A DNA stretch of 63,951 nucleotides, the filler included, from Dehalococcoidia bacterium (GTDB lineage Bacteria; Chloroflexota; Dehalococcoidia; DSTF01; JACRBR01), in the NCBI GenBank assembly GCA_041494685.1. It is 3 parts of 3 records of this genome, joined end to end, with 100 filler letters (N's around TTAATTAATTAA, not from the genome) between each part and the next. Parts side by side here need not be neighbours in the genome. Positions count along the whole stretch, not along the records: positions 29,432 to 57,685 come from JBGQBE010000045.1; 2 more parts are not named here. One strand, written 5' to 3'. A program made the position numbers and the translations under genes. Shown here one piece after another: positions 41,796-50,571 of the stretch. The notes beneath the pieces are model-generated. The model was given only the letters and a program-made list of their open reading frames with translations. It searched no databases and was not told the origin of the DNA. Each line of letters starts with the position of its first letter. Positions within the stretch are counted from its first letter, which is position 1.

Positions 41796-42589
41796 GCGGC
41801 GGCGGCAGCCATCCCTACTACGAGGTGCACGGCGGCGACGGGCCGTTCCTGCTGCTCGTGCACGGGTTTCTCTCCAGCCGCGCGCAGTGGCTGCCGAACC
41901 TGACCACGCTCTCGGAAGTCGCCCGTCCCGTCGTTATAGAGCTGTACGGCCACGGCCGCTCGCCCTCACCAACCGATCCGGCGGCGTACACCCCGCAGCA
42001 CTACGTCGCCGAGTTCGAGTACATCCGCGCGGCGCTGGGCGCGGAGCGATGGCTGATCTGCGGCCAGTCCCTGGGTGCCGCGCTCACGTTCCGCTACGCG
42101 CTCGACCATCCGGAGCGCGTCATCGCCCAGGTGTGCACCAACTCCATGTCGGCGTTCGCGGAGGATGACTGGTCCGAGCGCGTCCGCCCCGGGCTGGAGG
42201 CGCAGGCACGCCACCTGGAATCGGACGGGCGCAGGGTGCTCGACGAGCATCCGCTGAACCCCGTGCGCAACCGTCGCCTGTCGCCGGAGCTGCGCGCCGC
42301 GTTCGCCGCCGACGTGGCGCTGCTCGATCCGGGCGGCATCGCCCGCACCGGCCTCTACACCGTGCCGGGCTCGTCAGTGCGGGACCGCGTGACGGCGAAC
42401 ACGGTGCCGACGCTGCTGGTCGTGGGCGGGCGCGAGAAGCGCTTCGCCGAGTACCGCCATTTCGCCGAGGTGTGCGTGCCGCTGCTGCGCAGCGTGGCGG
42501 CCGACGGCGGTCACGCCGTGAACCTGGACGCGCCGGACGGGTTCAACGCCGCCGTCACCGCGTTCGTGAGCGAGCAGGTACAACGGTAG
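41792..42589 (+). CDS. Alpha/beta fold hydrolase
   Basis: LVHGF; GHGRS; GQSLG nucleophile; GH catalytic His. Confidence 0.88.
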   Translation: MSGGGSHPYYEVHGGDGPFLLLVHGFLSSRAQWLPNLTTLSEVARPVVIELYGHGRSPSPTDPAAYTPQHYVAEFEYIRAALGAERWLICGQSLGAALTFRYALDHPERVIAQVCTNSMSAFAEDDWSERVRPGLEAQARHLESDGRRVLDEHPLNPVRNRRLSPELRAAFAADVALLDPGGIARTGLYTVPGSSVRDRVTANTVPTLLVVGGREKRFAEYRHFAEVCVPLLRSVAADGGHAVNLDAPDGFNAAVTAFVSEQVQR

Positions 42590-42622
42590 CCGCGCGCACC
42601 GCGCGCCGAAAGAGATCTGTCG

Positions 42623-42925
42623 ATGACATCCCGCTTCCTCTTTGCGCCGCTCCTCGCCGCCGTGGCCGCGCTCGCGCTGCCTTCGCTGGCGGCGGCGCAC
42701 GTCCGGCACGGCACCGCGCCAGCCGTGAGCGTGCAGCGACAGGGCGCGACCCCCACACCGGCCGCGACCGGCAGTACGTCATCGCCCGCCGCGCCCACAC
42801 CAGCCTCCGCGGCGGCGGGCGGCGACAGCGGCGATGTGGCGCGATACGTGGTGACGGGTATCGTGCTGGTCACGCTCGGCGCGATAGTCGTCGCACTCGC
42901 CGTCCTGTGGTGGTTCGCAGGCTGA
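42623..42925 (+). CDS. Small secreted, membrane-anchored low-complexity protein
   Basis: Signal-peptide-like N-terminus, P/A/T/S-rich linker, C-terminal TM; fills the gap between convergent genes. Confidence 0.55.
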   Translation: MTSRFLFAPLLAAVAALALPSLAAAHVRHGTAPAVSVQRQGATPTPAATGSTSSPAAPTPASAAAGGDSGDVARYVVTGIVLVTLGAIVVALAVLWWFAG

Positions 42926-42928
42926 GCG

Positions 42929-44101
42929 CTACGACGGAGCGATCCGTGTGTCGAGCGCACGTATGTCAATCGCACCTGCGGTGAAGTCGCGCACGCGCGG
43001 CACGATCTCCTCGCCGACCAGGTAACACTCCTCGAGGTGGGGGTACCCGGACAGGATGAACGTGTCGATGCCGAGTCCGGCGTATTCGCGGATCCGCTCC
43101 GCCACCTCGTCGTAACTGCCGACCAGCGCCGTGCCCGCGCCACCGCGCACCAGGCCGATGCCCGCCCAGAGGTTCGGCGCGACCGTCAGCGCCTCCATGT
43201 CGAGCTTGCCGTTGTGCAGGCTCACCATCCGCTGCTGTCCCACCGACTCCTGCCGCGCGAACCGGCGCTGCGCGATCTCGATCTGCTCGGGCGGCATCTG
43301 GTTCAGCAGCCGCTCCGCCTCCGCCCACGCGTCCGACGCACGCTCCCGCGCGATGACGTGCATGCGGATGCCGAAGCGCAGGGTACGTCCCTCTGCGTGC
43401 GCCAGCGCCGCCATCCGAGCGATGCGCTCCGCCACCCACGCCTGCGGCTCGCCCCACACCAAGTACACGTCCACGTAGCGCGCCGCCACGCGCTCCGCCG
43501 GCGCCGATGCGCCGCCGAAGTACACGAGCGGCCGCCGGGGGAGCGCATCTTCGCCGAACGCCTTGTGCAGGCCGCCGCGCTGCACCTGGAAGTGCGTGCC
43601 GTCGTAGTCGAACGGCCCGTCCCAGCACTTCCGCAGCACGTCCATGAACTCGCCCGTGCGCGCGTAACGCGCGTCGTGGTCCAGGAAGTCGCCGTAGCTC
43701 CGCTGCTCAGCCGCGTCGCCGCCCGTGACGATGTTGATCAGGGCGCGGCCGCGCGTGATCCGCTGTAGCGTCGCCGTCATCTGCGCCGCCAACGTCGGCA
43801 GCACGAAGCCGGGCCGGAACGCGACCAGGAATCGCAGGCTCTCCGTATCAGCCGCCAGCGCCGCAGCCACGAGCCACGCGTCCTCGCACTGCGCGCCGGT
43901 CGGCGTCAGCACGCCGGCGAAGCCGAGGCGGTCCGCCGCCCGCACGATCTGCCGCAGGTAGTCGATGTCCGCAGGCCGCGCGCGCGACGCCCCGCGCCGC
44001 TCCGGGTCGGGGAAGAAGTCCAGCACCGAGCGCCCGTCACCCGTCGTCGGCAGGAACCAGTGCACCTCGATCGGGTTCTGTCCCGCGGCGCTCGTGCTCA
44101 C
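42929..44101 (-). CDS. LLM-class flavin-dependent monooxygenase (SsuD-like)
   Basis: HWFLPT.GD; CEDAW; FLVAFRPG; PNLWAG.GLVRGGAGTALVGS; LSGYPHLEE. Confidence 0.9.
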   Translation of the reverse strand: MSTSAAGQNPIEVHWFLPTTGDGRSVLDFFPDPERRGASRARPADIDYLRQIVRAADRLGFAGVLTPTGAQCEDAWLVAAALAADTESLRFLVAFRPGFVLPTLAAQMTATLQRITRGRALINIVTGGDAAEQRSYGDFLDHDARYARTGEFMDVLRKCWDGPFDYDGTHFQVQRGGLHKAFGEDALPRRPLVYFGGASAPAERVAARYVDVYLVWGEPQAWVAERIARMAALAHAEGRTLRFGIRMHVIARERASDAWAEAERLLNQMPPEQIEIAQRRFARQESVGQQRMVSLHNGKLDMEALTVAPNLWAGIGLVRGGAGTALVGSYDEVAERIREYAGLGIDTFILSGYPHLEECYLVGEEIVPRVRDFTAGAIDIRALDTRIAPS

Positions 44102-44177
44102 TCCAGGCTCCTTGTCTCGCTTGCATCGTACGCGGACAGCCTAGATCACGCGCCGGGCCAGTCAACCTGCACGCGGG

Positions 44178-44945
44178 CTAGAAGTAGTTGACCGTGATGC
44201 CGCCGTCCACGACGAACTCCGTGCCCGTCGTCCACGACGACTCGTCGGACGCCAGGTACAGCGCCGCGAACGCGATGTCCTCCGGCAGGCCGAAGCGCCC
44301 GAGAGGGATGCGGTTCAGCCGCTTCATCTTCTCCTCCTCGTTCGGGAAGAGGTCCGCCAGCAGTGGCGTCAGGATCGGGCCGGGGCAGATGGCGTTGACA
44401 CGCACGTGGTCGCGGCCGAACTGCACAGCGAGCGACTTCGTGAGTGCGAGCACCGCGCCCTTGCTGGCCGTGTACACGTCCTGCGGCACGGTGCAGCCGA
44501 CGAGCGCCACGAACGACGCCACGTTCACGACCGAGCCACCGCCGGAGCGCACGATCTCCGGGATGCCGTACTTGCAGCAGAGCATGACGCCCTTGAGATT
44601 CACGTCCAGCGTGCGGCGATACGTCTCGTCGTCCATGTCGATGACGCTCTTGTCGCTTTCCGGGAAGATGCCCGCGTTGTTGTACAGCACGTGCAGCCCG
44701 CCGTACTGCTCGATCGCGGAGCGCACCCACGACTTCACGTCGCCCTCGTTCGAGACGTCGCCCGTCAGCGGCAGGATGCTGCCGTGCGCGTGCTCGGCGA
44801 CGAGCGCAGCCGTCTCGTCCAGGGCGGCGCGATTGAGATCCGTGGCGACGACGTTTGCCCCTTCCTTCGCGAAGATGACGGCGGCGACGCGGCCCATGCC
44901 GCTGCCGGCGCCGGTGATCAGCACAGTCTTGCCTTCGAGCCGCAT
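44178..44945 (-). CDS. Short-chain dehydrogenase/reductase
   Basis: TGAGSGMG; NNAG; YTASK; VRVNAICPG; VVDGG. Confidence 0.9.
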   Translation of the reverse strand: MRLEGKTVLITGAGSGMGRVAAVIFAKEGANVVATDLNRAALDETAALVAEHAHGSILPLTGDVSNEGDVKSWVRSAIEQYGGLHVLYNNAGIFPESDKSVIDMDDETYRRTLDVNLKGVMLCCKYGIPEIVRSGGGSVVNVASFVALVGCTVPQDVYTASKGAVLALTKSLAVQFGRDHVRVNAICPGPILTPLLADLFPNEEEKMKRLNRIPLGRFGLPEDIAFAALYLASDESSWTTGTEFVVDGGITVNYF

Positions 44946-45150
44946 GCGACGCTCCTTTCGTTGGAGACCCAGAACCGGGACCAGGTGCAGCCGGGTGTTC
45001 GGTCGTTCGGTGGTGTGGCGGGCGTATCGTAGCAGGTTGCCACGCGCTCTTCACGGGCCGAAGCGCCCGATCCCGCTGCCGCTGGCACGGACGGCTGAAG
45101 TCACGCAGAATCTACCGGCGGACCGGACGGACAGCGCGTGAGGAGTCAGC

Positions 45151-46320
45151 ATGAGCGTGATACGGGGTACGGCGGCGGCGGGATTCGAGGCGGTGCGCGC
45201 GGAGTTCGAGCGGCAGTTCGCCGAGGGGCAGCATATCGGCGCCGCCGTCGCCGTGTACCAGCACGGACGCAAGGTCGTCGACCTGTGGGGCGGCCTCGCC
45301 GACGAAGACGCGAACCGGGCGTGGGACGAGGGCACGATGGCCGTATCGTTCTCGACCACCAAGGGGTTGACGGCGGCCTGCCTGCATCTGCTCGCCGACC
45401 GCGGCCTGGTGCAGTACGGCGAACCCGTCGCGAAGTACTGGCCCGAATTCGCCGCGAACGGCAAAGCCGGCATCACCGTGTACCACCTGCTCACGCACCA
45501 GGCCGGCCTCGCTGCGATCCCCGCTGACCTCGCGGCCGACGATCTGCTCGACTGGGAGCGCGTGACCGGCGCGCTCGCGGCGGAGACGCCGGAGTCTGCG
45601 CCGGGCGCGCAGACGGCCTACCACGCCATGACGTTCGGCTTCCTCGTCGGCGAGGTCGTGCGGCGCATCGACGGCCGGTCACTCGGCACCTTCTTCCGCG
45701 ACGAGATCGCGACGCCACTCGGGATCACGGAGCTGCACATCGGCACGCCCGACGCGCTCCACCCCCGCGTGGCGACGCTGAAGCCGAAGTTCGAGCTCAC
45801 GCCGGAGGTCGTACAACAGGTGAGCGCCATGTCGAGTCCCGGCTCGTTGACGGCGCGCGCCATGACGACCGCGCGCGGCGACATGAGCGCGCTGCTGAGT
45901 ACGCCTGCCGGCCTCCGCGCGGAGATCCCCGCCGCGAACGGTGTGATGAGCGCGCGCGACCTCGCGCGCTTCTACGCCTGCCTGGCCGGTTACGGCGAAC
46001 TCGACGGCGTACGCCTGCTGAGCGCGGCGCGCGTGCGCGCGATGTCGGAACTGCAGACGTCGGGGCCGGACGGCGTGATCCCGGTACCGATCAACTGGGC
46101 GCTCGGATACATGGCCGGCGGCATCGAAGGGCGGCCGCAAGGATCGCGCGTGACCGCGTTCGGCCACCCCGGCATCGGCGGCTCGATAGGCTACGCCGAC
46201 CCGGAGATCGGCCTCGCGTTCGGATTCGTGCTGAACGGGCTGGCGATCGATATCGTCGGCACCGGACGGGCGACCGCGCTGGCATCGATCGCGCGCGCCT
46301 GCGCGGAGGCGGCCGCCTAG
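45151..46320 (+). CDS. Serine hydrolase (beta-lactamase-related, EstA-like)
   Basis: VVDLWGG; FSTTK (SxxK); LLTHQAG; YHA.TFG; FGHPG.GGS. Confidence 0.9.
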   Translation: MSVIRGTAAAGFEAVRAEFERQFAEGQHIGAAVAVYQHGRKVVDLWGGLADEDANRAWDEGTMAVSFSTTKGLTAACLHLLADRGLVQYGEPVAKYWPEFAANGKAGITVYHLLTHQAGLAAIPADLAADDLLDWERVTGALAAETPESAPGAQTAYHAMTFGFLVGEVVRRIDGRSLGTFFRDEIATPLGITELHIGTPDALHPRVATLKPKFELTPEVVQQVSAMSSPGSLTARAMTTARGDMSALLSTPAGLRAEIPAANGVMSARDLARFYACLAGYGELDGVRLLSAARVRAMSELQTSGPDGVIPVPINWALGYMAGGIEGRPQGSRVTAFGHPGIGGSIGYADPEIGLAFGFVLNGLAIDIVGTGRATALASIARACAEAAA

Positions 46321-48845
46321 GGCGCGGGCGGCTGGAAGTCCTTCGGCAGCGGCGGGCCCATCGGCAGCGGCGTGACCGTCGCCGCCAGCACACTGCTCGT
46401 GTTGTGCGCCACCGGCAGCGACGCGCTCAGTTGCTGTGGGAAGTACACCACGCCATGCACGGCCGATGGCTGTCCCGCGACGGTGCGGTCCAGCAGGTAG
46501 CGTCCCCACGTCGACCACCAGTCGGCGTGCGCCATCTCCGCCGCGATCTCGCGGCCGCCCAGGCGCGAGTAGTCGGCCGGGAAGCTCCAGCTCGACGTGA
46601 ACGTCAGCGCAGCGGAGGTGGCATCGACCTGCACCTTGTCCTTGTTGCGTTCGTCGAAGAGGACGATCGTGCCTGCCGGCGCCTGGTACCCCCGGCGCAT
46701 GTCGGTGATCGTGATGTTCGGGTAGTCACGCAGGTACCACAGCCAGTCGTTCGCGAAGTCGTACGACGTATCGATGGCGAGCGGCACCTGGTTGCCCTGC
46801 CCCGATTCCGCCGCCGCACGCTCGATCGCGGTGCGCACCTCGCGCACGTCCGGTGCGATGCGGTCCGGCTGGATCAGCTCGATCGGCGTATCGCCGTGGT
46901 CACTGGCGGCGAGCGCGCCGTCCAGCTGCGGCAGCGAGCCGTGCCCCCACGCGGCCAGCAGGCCGGTGCGGGTGGTGAAGGCGACGCCCGCGACGAAGCC
47001 AGCGAGCACCAGGACCTGCGCGAGCCTGCGCGCCGGCGCCATGCGCAGCGATGGCATCGCCGGTGCGCGGACGGCCGGCATCTCGAACGCGGCGACGGCA
47101 TTGTTCACCAGCCGCGCGGACAGGAGCACCAGCGGCAGCGCCATGTGCATCGCCAGGGCCGGCTCCTTGCGGCCGATCGCGCTGAACGCGCAGAACGCGG
47201 CCACCGCCCAGAACGCGAGGAACTTCGTGAGGTGGTCGATCCGCAGCGCCAGCACACCGGCGCTCGCGGCGAGCAGCACGATCAGCGTGCGGTGGTCCGC
47301 GATCGGCGTGATGGCGCCGGGCGCGAACGTGGCGCTCGCGATGATCTTCGCCGTTGTGAGAGTGACGATGCGGTTGTGCCGGCTGCCCCGCGCCAGCATC
47401 ACCGCCGCGGCGATCAACGCGATCGCGAGCGGCACGATCTCGTACACGGGCATGATCATCGCGTAGTAGTACGACGGGCCGTCCACGTGCGTGGCCTCGG
47501 GGCGCCACCAGTAGTCCAGCGTGCCCCAGATGCCCGTCCACACACCCCCGCGGTCCGTGAAGAAGCCGGTGAACATGGCGATGACGACGCCATAGCAGAA
47601 CGCCCAGCAGATCACCCACACGTGCCACTTCCACGCCATGCCGACGATGCCGGCCAGCGCGAACAGCACCCCGAGCGTGATCAGCATCACCGGCAGTTCG
47701 CCGCCGGGCTGGTGGAGCGTGCCCGCGCCCAATGAGAAGATCGGCGTCTGTCCCGCGAAGCCGCGGTCGCCGACGAACGGCAGTTTTTCGACGAGCGGGC
47801 CGTAGAACGGCAGCGCCAGCATCGTAATGACCAGCATCGGGTCCGCCGCGGCCGGGCGCACCGTGAGGTTCATCTTGCGCCGGATGCCGCCCATGAACGG
47901 CCACAGCGCCGCGATCGGCGCAGCCGCAAGCATGACGATCGCGGACGACATGCGGCGCGACTGCGTCTCCTGCTGCGGCGCGGCGACCGCCGCTGCGCGC
48001 TGCGCCAGGCGGCGGTCGTAGGCCTCGCGGCGACTCGCCGTCGTCAGCACCTGGTACGCGTTGATGATCGCTTCGCGGTCGATCTTGCGGCTTGCGGAGC
48101 GGTCGATCTGCGCCTTGTAGGCGGCGCGGATGTCCCGCGTCGTAGCGGACGGCGACACACCCAGGCGCTCGTAGTGCGTGACCGCGCGCTCGTGCGCGGG
48201 CGCGGCGTTGTGCTGCGCGACGAGGTCGCGGCCGGTGCGGAACGCCAGGTACGCGGCGAAGATGGCGATGACGACCAGCGCCATCTCGGTCGAGATCAGC
48301 ATGAAGGCGATGGTAAGCGCCAGCAGGTACAGGAAGCCGCGGTCGGGCGACGCCAGGTAGCGCCAGATGACCATTGCCGTTGCGAGCGAGAAGAACGCCA
48401 GCGCCGCGTCCGGCCCGACGAAGCGGCTGTAGTACAGCATCGACGGCGAGACCGCGAGCAGCACCGCGGCGGCAACGGCGCCCGTGCGGCCGATGTGCCT
48501 GGTGAAGGTGAACGGCAGCACCGCGAGCAGCACGCCGAAGAGCGCCGGCGCGATACGCGCCGTCGTGTCGCTGGAGCCGAACACGTGGAAGATGCCGGCG
48601 GTGATGAAGAAGTGCAGCGGGCCGTGCTGTGACGCGATCTGCTCGTAGCCCGCGCCGCGCGCTATCTGGTCGGACAGCAGCGCCGATACCGTCTCATTGC
48701 CCTGGAACGTCCGGATGCCCAGCTCCCAGAATCGCAGCAGCGTCGCGACGCCGACGACCACGGCGAACGCGCCGGCCATCAGCAGCGCCGGGCGCATCCG
48801 TTCGAAGCGGGATGGTGTGCGGAAGTGAATGTCACAGACGGCCAT
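46317..48845 (-). CDS. GT-C-fold membrane protein (PMT_2/TIGR03663-like) with inserted J-domain-like segment
   Basis: LRFWELG; HGPL; FG.SD.TAR; SP.MLYYSRF; many TMs; insert THYERLGV...AYQVL..ASRREAYD. Confidence 0.72.
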   Translation of the reverse strand: MAVCDIHFRTPSRFERMRPALLMAGAFAVVVGVATLLRFWELGIRTFQGNETVSALLSDQIARGAGYEQIASQHGPLHFFITAGIFHVFGSSDTTARIAPALFGVLLAVLPFTFTRHIGRTGAVAAAVLLAVSPSMLYYSRFVGPDAALAFFSLATAMVIWRYLASPDRGFLYLLALTIAFMLISTEMALVVIAIFAAYLAFRTGRDLVAQHNAAPAHERAVTHYERLGVSPSATTRDIRAAYKAQIDRSASRKIDREAIINAYQVLTTASRREAYDRRLAQRAAAVAAPQQETQSRRMSSAIVMLAAAPIAALWPFMGGIRRKMNLTVRPAAADPMLVITMLALPFYGPLVEKLPFVGDRGFAGQTPIFSLGAGTLHQPGGELPVMLITLGVLFALAGIVGMAWKWHVWVICWAFCYGVVIAMFTGFFTDRGGVWTGIWGTLDYWWRPEATHVDGPSYYYAMIMPVYEIVPLAIALIAAAVMLARGSRHNRIVTLTTAKIIASATFAPGAITPIADHRTLIVLLAASAGVLALRIDHLTKFLAFWAVAAFCAFSAIGRKEPALAMHMALPLVLLSARLVNNAVAAFEMPAVRAPAMPSLRMAPARRLAQVLVLAGFVAGVAFTTRTGLLAAWGHGSLPQLDGALAASDHGDTPIELIQPDRIAPDVREVRTAIERAAAESGQGNQVPLAIDTSYDFANDWLWYLRDYPNITITDMRRGYQAPAGTIVLFDERNKDKVQVDATSAALTFTSSWSFPADYSRLGGREIAAEMAHADWWSTWGRYLLDRTVAGQPSAVHGVVYFPQQLSASLPVAHNTSSVLAATVTPLPMGPPLPKDFQPPAP

Positions 48846-49005
48846 GGCGCTCTCCCTGCAGATACGGCGTCTGCCCAGTATCGACAGGGAACCCGCGCGA
48901 TGCGCTCAGGTGTTACCCTCATGACGTGAGGCGATTCCCTTACGCGGCGGCGCGGAACCACGGAAGTTCGATGCCCGATCGAACCGCTGCGCTGACGCGC
49001 CGAGG

Positions 49006-49467
49006 CTACGCCTTGCCCGGCGCCTCCGTACGCCTGACGTAGTCCAGGATCTCCGCCACCTGGTCGGCGATCGGCTTGATATGCTCGACGTCGATGCGGT
49101 TCAGGATGACGCTGATCATCTCCTCGTTCTTGAGGTCCAGCTTCTCATCGCTGATCACATCGTCCAGCATCTGCAGCAGGCGAGCCTGCACGAGCTTGTT
49201 GTTGGCGTCGGCGATCGCCTGCTGGCGGTTCTGCGAGATCAGGATGAACGTGGAGAGGAAGATCGCCTCCAGGCTCACGGTCATGGTCAGGAAGTTGAAG
49301 GGGAAGGCGTCGTTGCCGAACCCCTTCGTGGCGATCCAGATCGCGAAGAGCACGGCGTGGATGTAGACGAAGCGCATGTCGCCGCAAAAGCCGGTGATGA
49401 CGTCGGAGACGCGCTCCTGAAGGCTGCGCGGAGCCTCCTGCGAGGCCGGGGTCGCGTTAGCGATCAC
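49006..49467 (-). CDS. DUF1003 membrane protein
   Basis: ERVSDVITGFCG.M.FV..H; FPFNFLTMTVSLEAIFLSTFILISQNRQ; GTG start with AGGGAG RBS. Confidence 0.88.
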   Translation of the reverse strand: MIANATPASQEAPRSLQERVSDVITGFCGDMRFVYIHAVLFAIWIATKGFGNDAFPFNFLTMTVSLEAIFLSTFILISQNRQQAIADANNKLVQARLLQMLDDVISDEKLDLKNEEMISVILNRIDVEHIKPIADQVAEILDYVRRTEAPGKA

Positions 49468-49628
49468 TGTTGTTCTCCCTTCGAATGCGGGTGTGCCGTT
49501 GCTGATGTCGTTCCCGATGCACAGATGAGCACACCTGATGTCCGCAGGGAACCACAGATCGCGCGGATTGGCACCTGTTAACGCACGCGTCGAAGTGTTG
49601 GAGGCGTTCGCGCCTCGCCCGGCGGGCG

Positions 49629-49657
49629 TTGACCGTGCGGCGAGGCGAGGGTATCGT
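49629..49657 (+). promoter_or_regulatory. Candidate sigma70 promoter of MBL-recQ-VOC operon
   Basis: TTGACC-17bp-TATCGT. Confidence 0.55.
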
Positions 49658-49661
49658 AGCC

Positions 49662-49687
49662 TTACTGACGTTCGCACAGACGTTCTA
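49662..49687. promoter_or_regulatory. Two tandem degenerate SOS-box-like sites
   Basis: TTAC-TGAC-GTTC and GCAC-AGAC-GTTCTA between -10 and RBS; shares the TAGAAC half-site with the lexA operator. Confidence 0.45.
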
Positions 49688-49701
49688 GTGGAGGGATCGG
49701 C

Positions 49702-50571
49702 GTGCCCGCGACGCACCGGCTGGGGAATCTGCTGCTCCACCTGCTCTCCGACGGGCAGTACTACCAGGACGCCGGCGCCGTCTTCGGCATCGTGCCGAAG
49801 GTGATGTGGGAGCGCCTCGACATCCCCCTCAACGACCGCCACCAGATGGCGCTCGGCCTCAACTCGCTGCTGCTCCGCTCGCAGGGGAAGACGATCCTCA
49901 TCGAGACCGGCGTCGGCGACAAGGAGCGCCCGCGCGGCCAGTCCACGCCACTCGCCGCAGGCAACCTGCTCGACGACCTGCGCGCGGTCGGCGTCGCGCC
50001 GGAGGACGTGGACATCGTCATCAACACGCACCTGCACGCCGACCACTGCGGCTGGAACACGCGGAAGGACGCCGCCGGCGCCTGGGCGCCGACCTTCCAG
50101 CGCGCCCGCTACCTGATCCAGCGCGGCGAGTGGGAGGCGGCGACACACCCGAACGAGCGCACCCGCGCGACCTACCTCTCCGAGAACCTATTGCCGCTGG
50201 AGGCCGCCGGACAGCTCGACCTCGTCGACGGCGAATTGCGCGTCACGGACGAGGTGACGATCGTCGAGACGCACGGCCACACCGCTGATCACGCAAGCGT
50301 GATCCTGGCGTCCGACGGCGAGAAGGCGATCTACCTCGGCGACATGATCCAGCACCCGGTGCAGCTCGAGCGCGCGCCGTGGGTGTCGTCGTTCGACCTC
50401 TACCCGATCGAGGCGATGGAGACGAAGAAGGCGGTCGTCGCCGCCGCCATCGCGGAGCACCAGCTCGTCGTGGCGGTGCACTGCCCCTTCCCCGGCCTCG
50501 GCCGCATGAGCGAGACCGCCGACGGCAAGCGCAAGTGGACGCCCGTCGAGCCGGACGGGGGCGCGGCCTGA
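49702..50571 (+). CDS. MBL-fold metallo-hydrolase (YtnP-like)
   Basis: DAGAVFGIVPKV.W; THLHADHCG; GHT..H; GD. Confidence 0.88.
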   Translation: MPATHRLGNLLLHLLSDGQYYQDAGAVFGIVPKVMWERLDIPLNDRHQMALGLNSLLLRSQGKTILIETGVGDKERPRGQSTPLAAGNLLDDLRAVGVAPEDVDIVINTHLHADHCGWNTRKDAAGAWAPTFQRARYLIQRGEWEAATHPNERTRATYLSENLLPLEAAGQLDLVDGELRVTDEVTIVETHGHTADHASVILASDGEKAIYLGDMIQHPVQLERAPWVSSFDLYPIEAMETKKAVVAAAIAEHQLVVAVHCPFPGLGRMSETADGKRKWTPVEPDGGAA

